Below are positions 63,640 through 64,000 of a stretch of 64,000 bases of DNA, piece by piece. Positions within the stretch are counted from its first letter, which is position 1, and each line of letters starts with the position of its first letter. Made by a program: the position numbers and the translations under genes. The notes under the pieces were generated by a model. It was given only the letters and a program-made list of their open reading frames with translations, was not told the origin of the DNA and made no database searches. The DNA comes from an uncultured Gammaproteobacteria bacterium (GTDB taxonomy: Bacteria > Patescibacteriota > Patescibacteriia > SBBC01 > CAIJZX01): positions 180,012 to 244,011 of the forward strand of contig CAYNGY010000002.1 of the NCBI GenBank assembly GCA_964397195.1, written 5' to 3'.

Positions 63640-64000
63640 TGGTGGAGATGGCGGGTCTTTCACCCGCGTCTCGACGGACGATCCGTTCATACTGTTTCCC
63701 ATGCTCAGCCCACTGTTCGTTGGCCGCCATCAGGTAGACAGCGGGCAAAAGCCCTGCTGGCGGTGTTCAGAAGCTACACAGTGCTCGTCCTGAACGAGCG
63801 ATCACTGGCCCGGCGAAATGACACCCGCGGTCGGCCTAGCCGGAGTTGACCGGGCGGATGCGTCACGGGGTTTAGACCGTGGCGAAAGCAAGCTGTTGAA
63901 CAGCAAACGCTTTCGCGAGCGCTGTTTTCAGCCGCGTAAGTGTGTTGGCACTTATCGCTTCCCGCACATTAACGACGGTGCGAGCGTGTCGGCATGATAC
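63640..64000 (-). ncRNA. ssrA: tmRNA (5' end beyond the window)
   Basis: The minus strand ends GACGCGGGTGAAAGACCCGCCATCTCCACCA. The resume context ATAAGT-GCC-AAC gives tag ANTLTRLKTALAKAFAVQQLAFATV* (63949-63872). Confidence 0.9.

Noticed and set aside
63617-63748. N-terminal extension of IF-3 from the ORF track
   Set aside because: It overlaps the tmRNA 3' end. infC typically starts at ATT, here 63616.

Overview
This window looks like part of a Patescibacteria (CPR)-type genome using genetic code 11. The evidence is indirect: a VirB2-like 'pilin' fusion protein, split ComEC, Asn/Thr-rich membrane-anchored proteins and dense + strand gene packing. Bases 1-21.5 kb hold a surface-structure locus. 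It contains a >3,970-aa beta-strand-repeat adhesin, a 351-aa secreted protein sharing its C-terminal WxL/Csu-like domain, a DUF916-like membrane protein, a dockerin protein, three membrane-anchored cohesin proteins and a polyprenol-P-mannose synthase. Next come tRNA-Val, lepB, hisS, HIT, rpsU, yqeY, a 2,081-aa pilin/Ig/pseudopilin hybrid, ybeY, dgkA, ftsA, ftsZ and two DUF2079-like membrane glycosyltransferases. A B12 module follows (NrdR boxes, nrdR, nrdJ, cobO, cobalamin riboswitch, putative B12 uptake genes), then htrA, frameshifted prfB, glmS, split comEC, GC3-rich orphan genes, rplT-rpmI-infC and a partial tmRNA. Two observations stand out. (1) At 61180-61443 a complete tRNA-Asp sits inside the anticodon arm of a second, insertion-expanded copy of the same tRNA. 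(2) The adhesin locus has the gene logic of a donor-strand pilus anchored by cohesin-dockerin pairing. All family assignments come from reading motifs by eye; no database searches were run.
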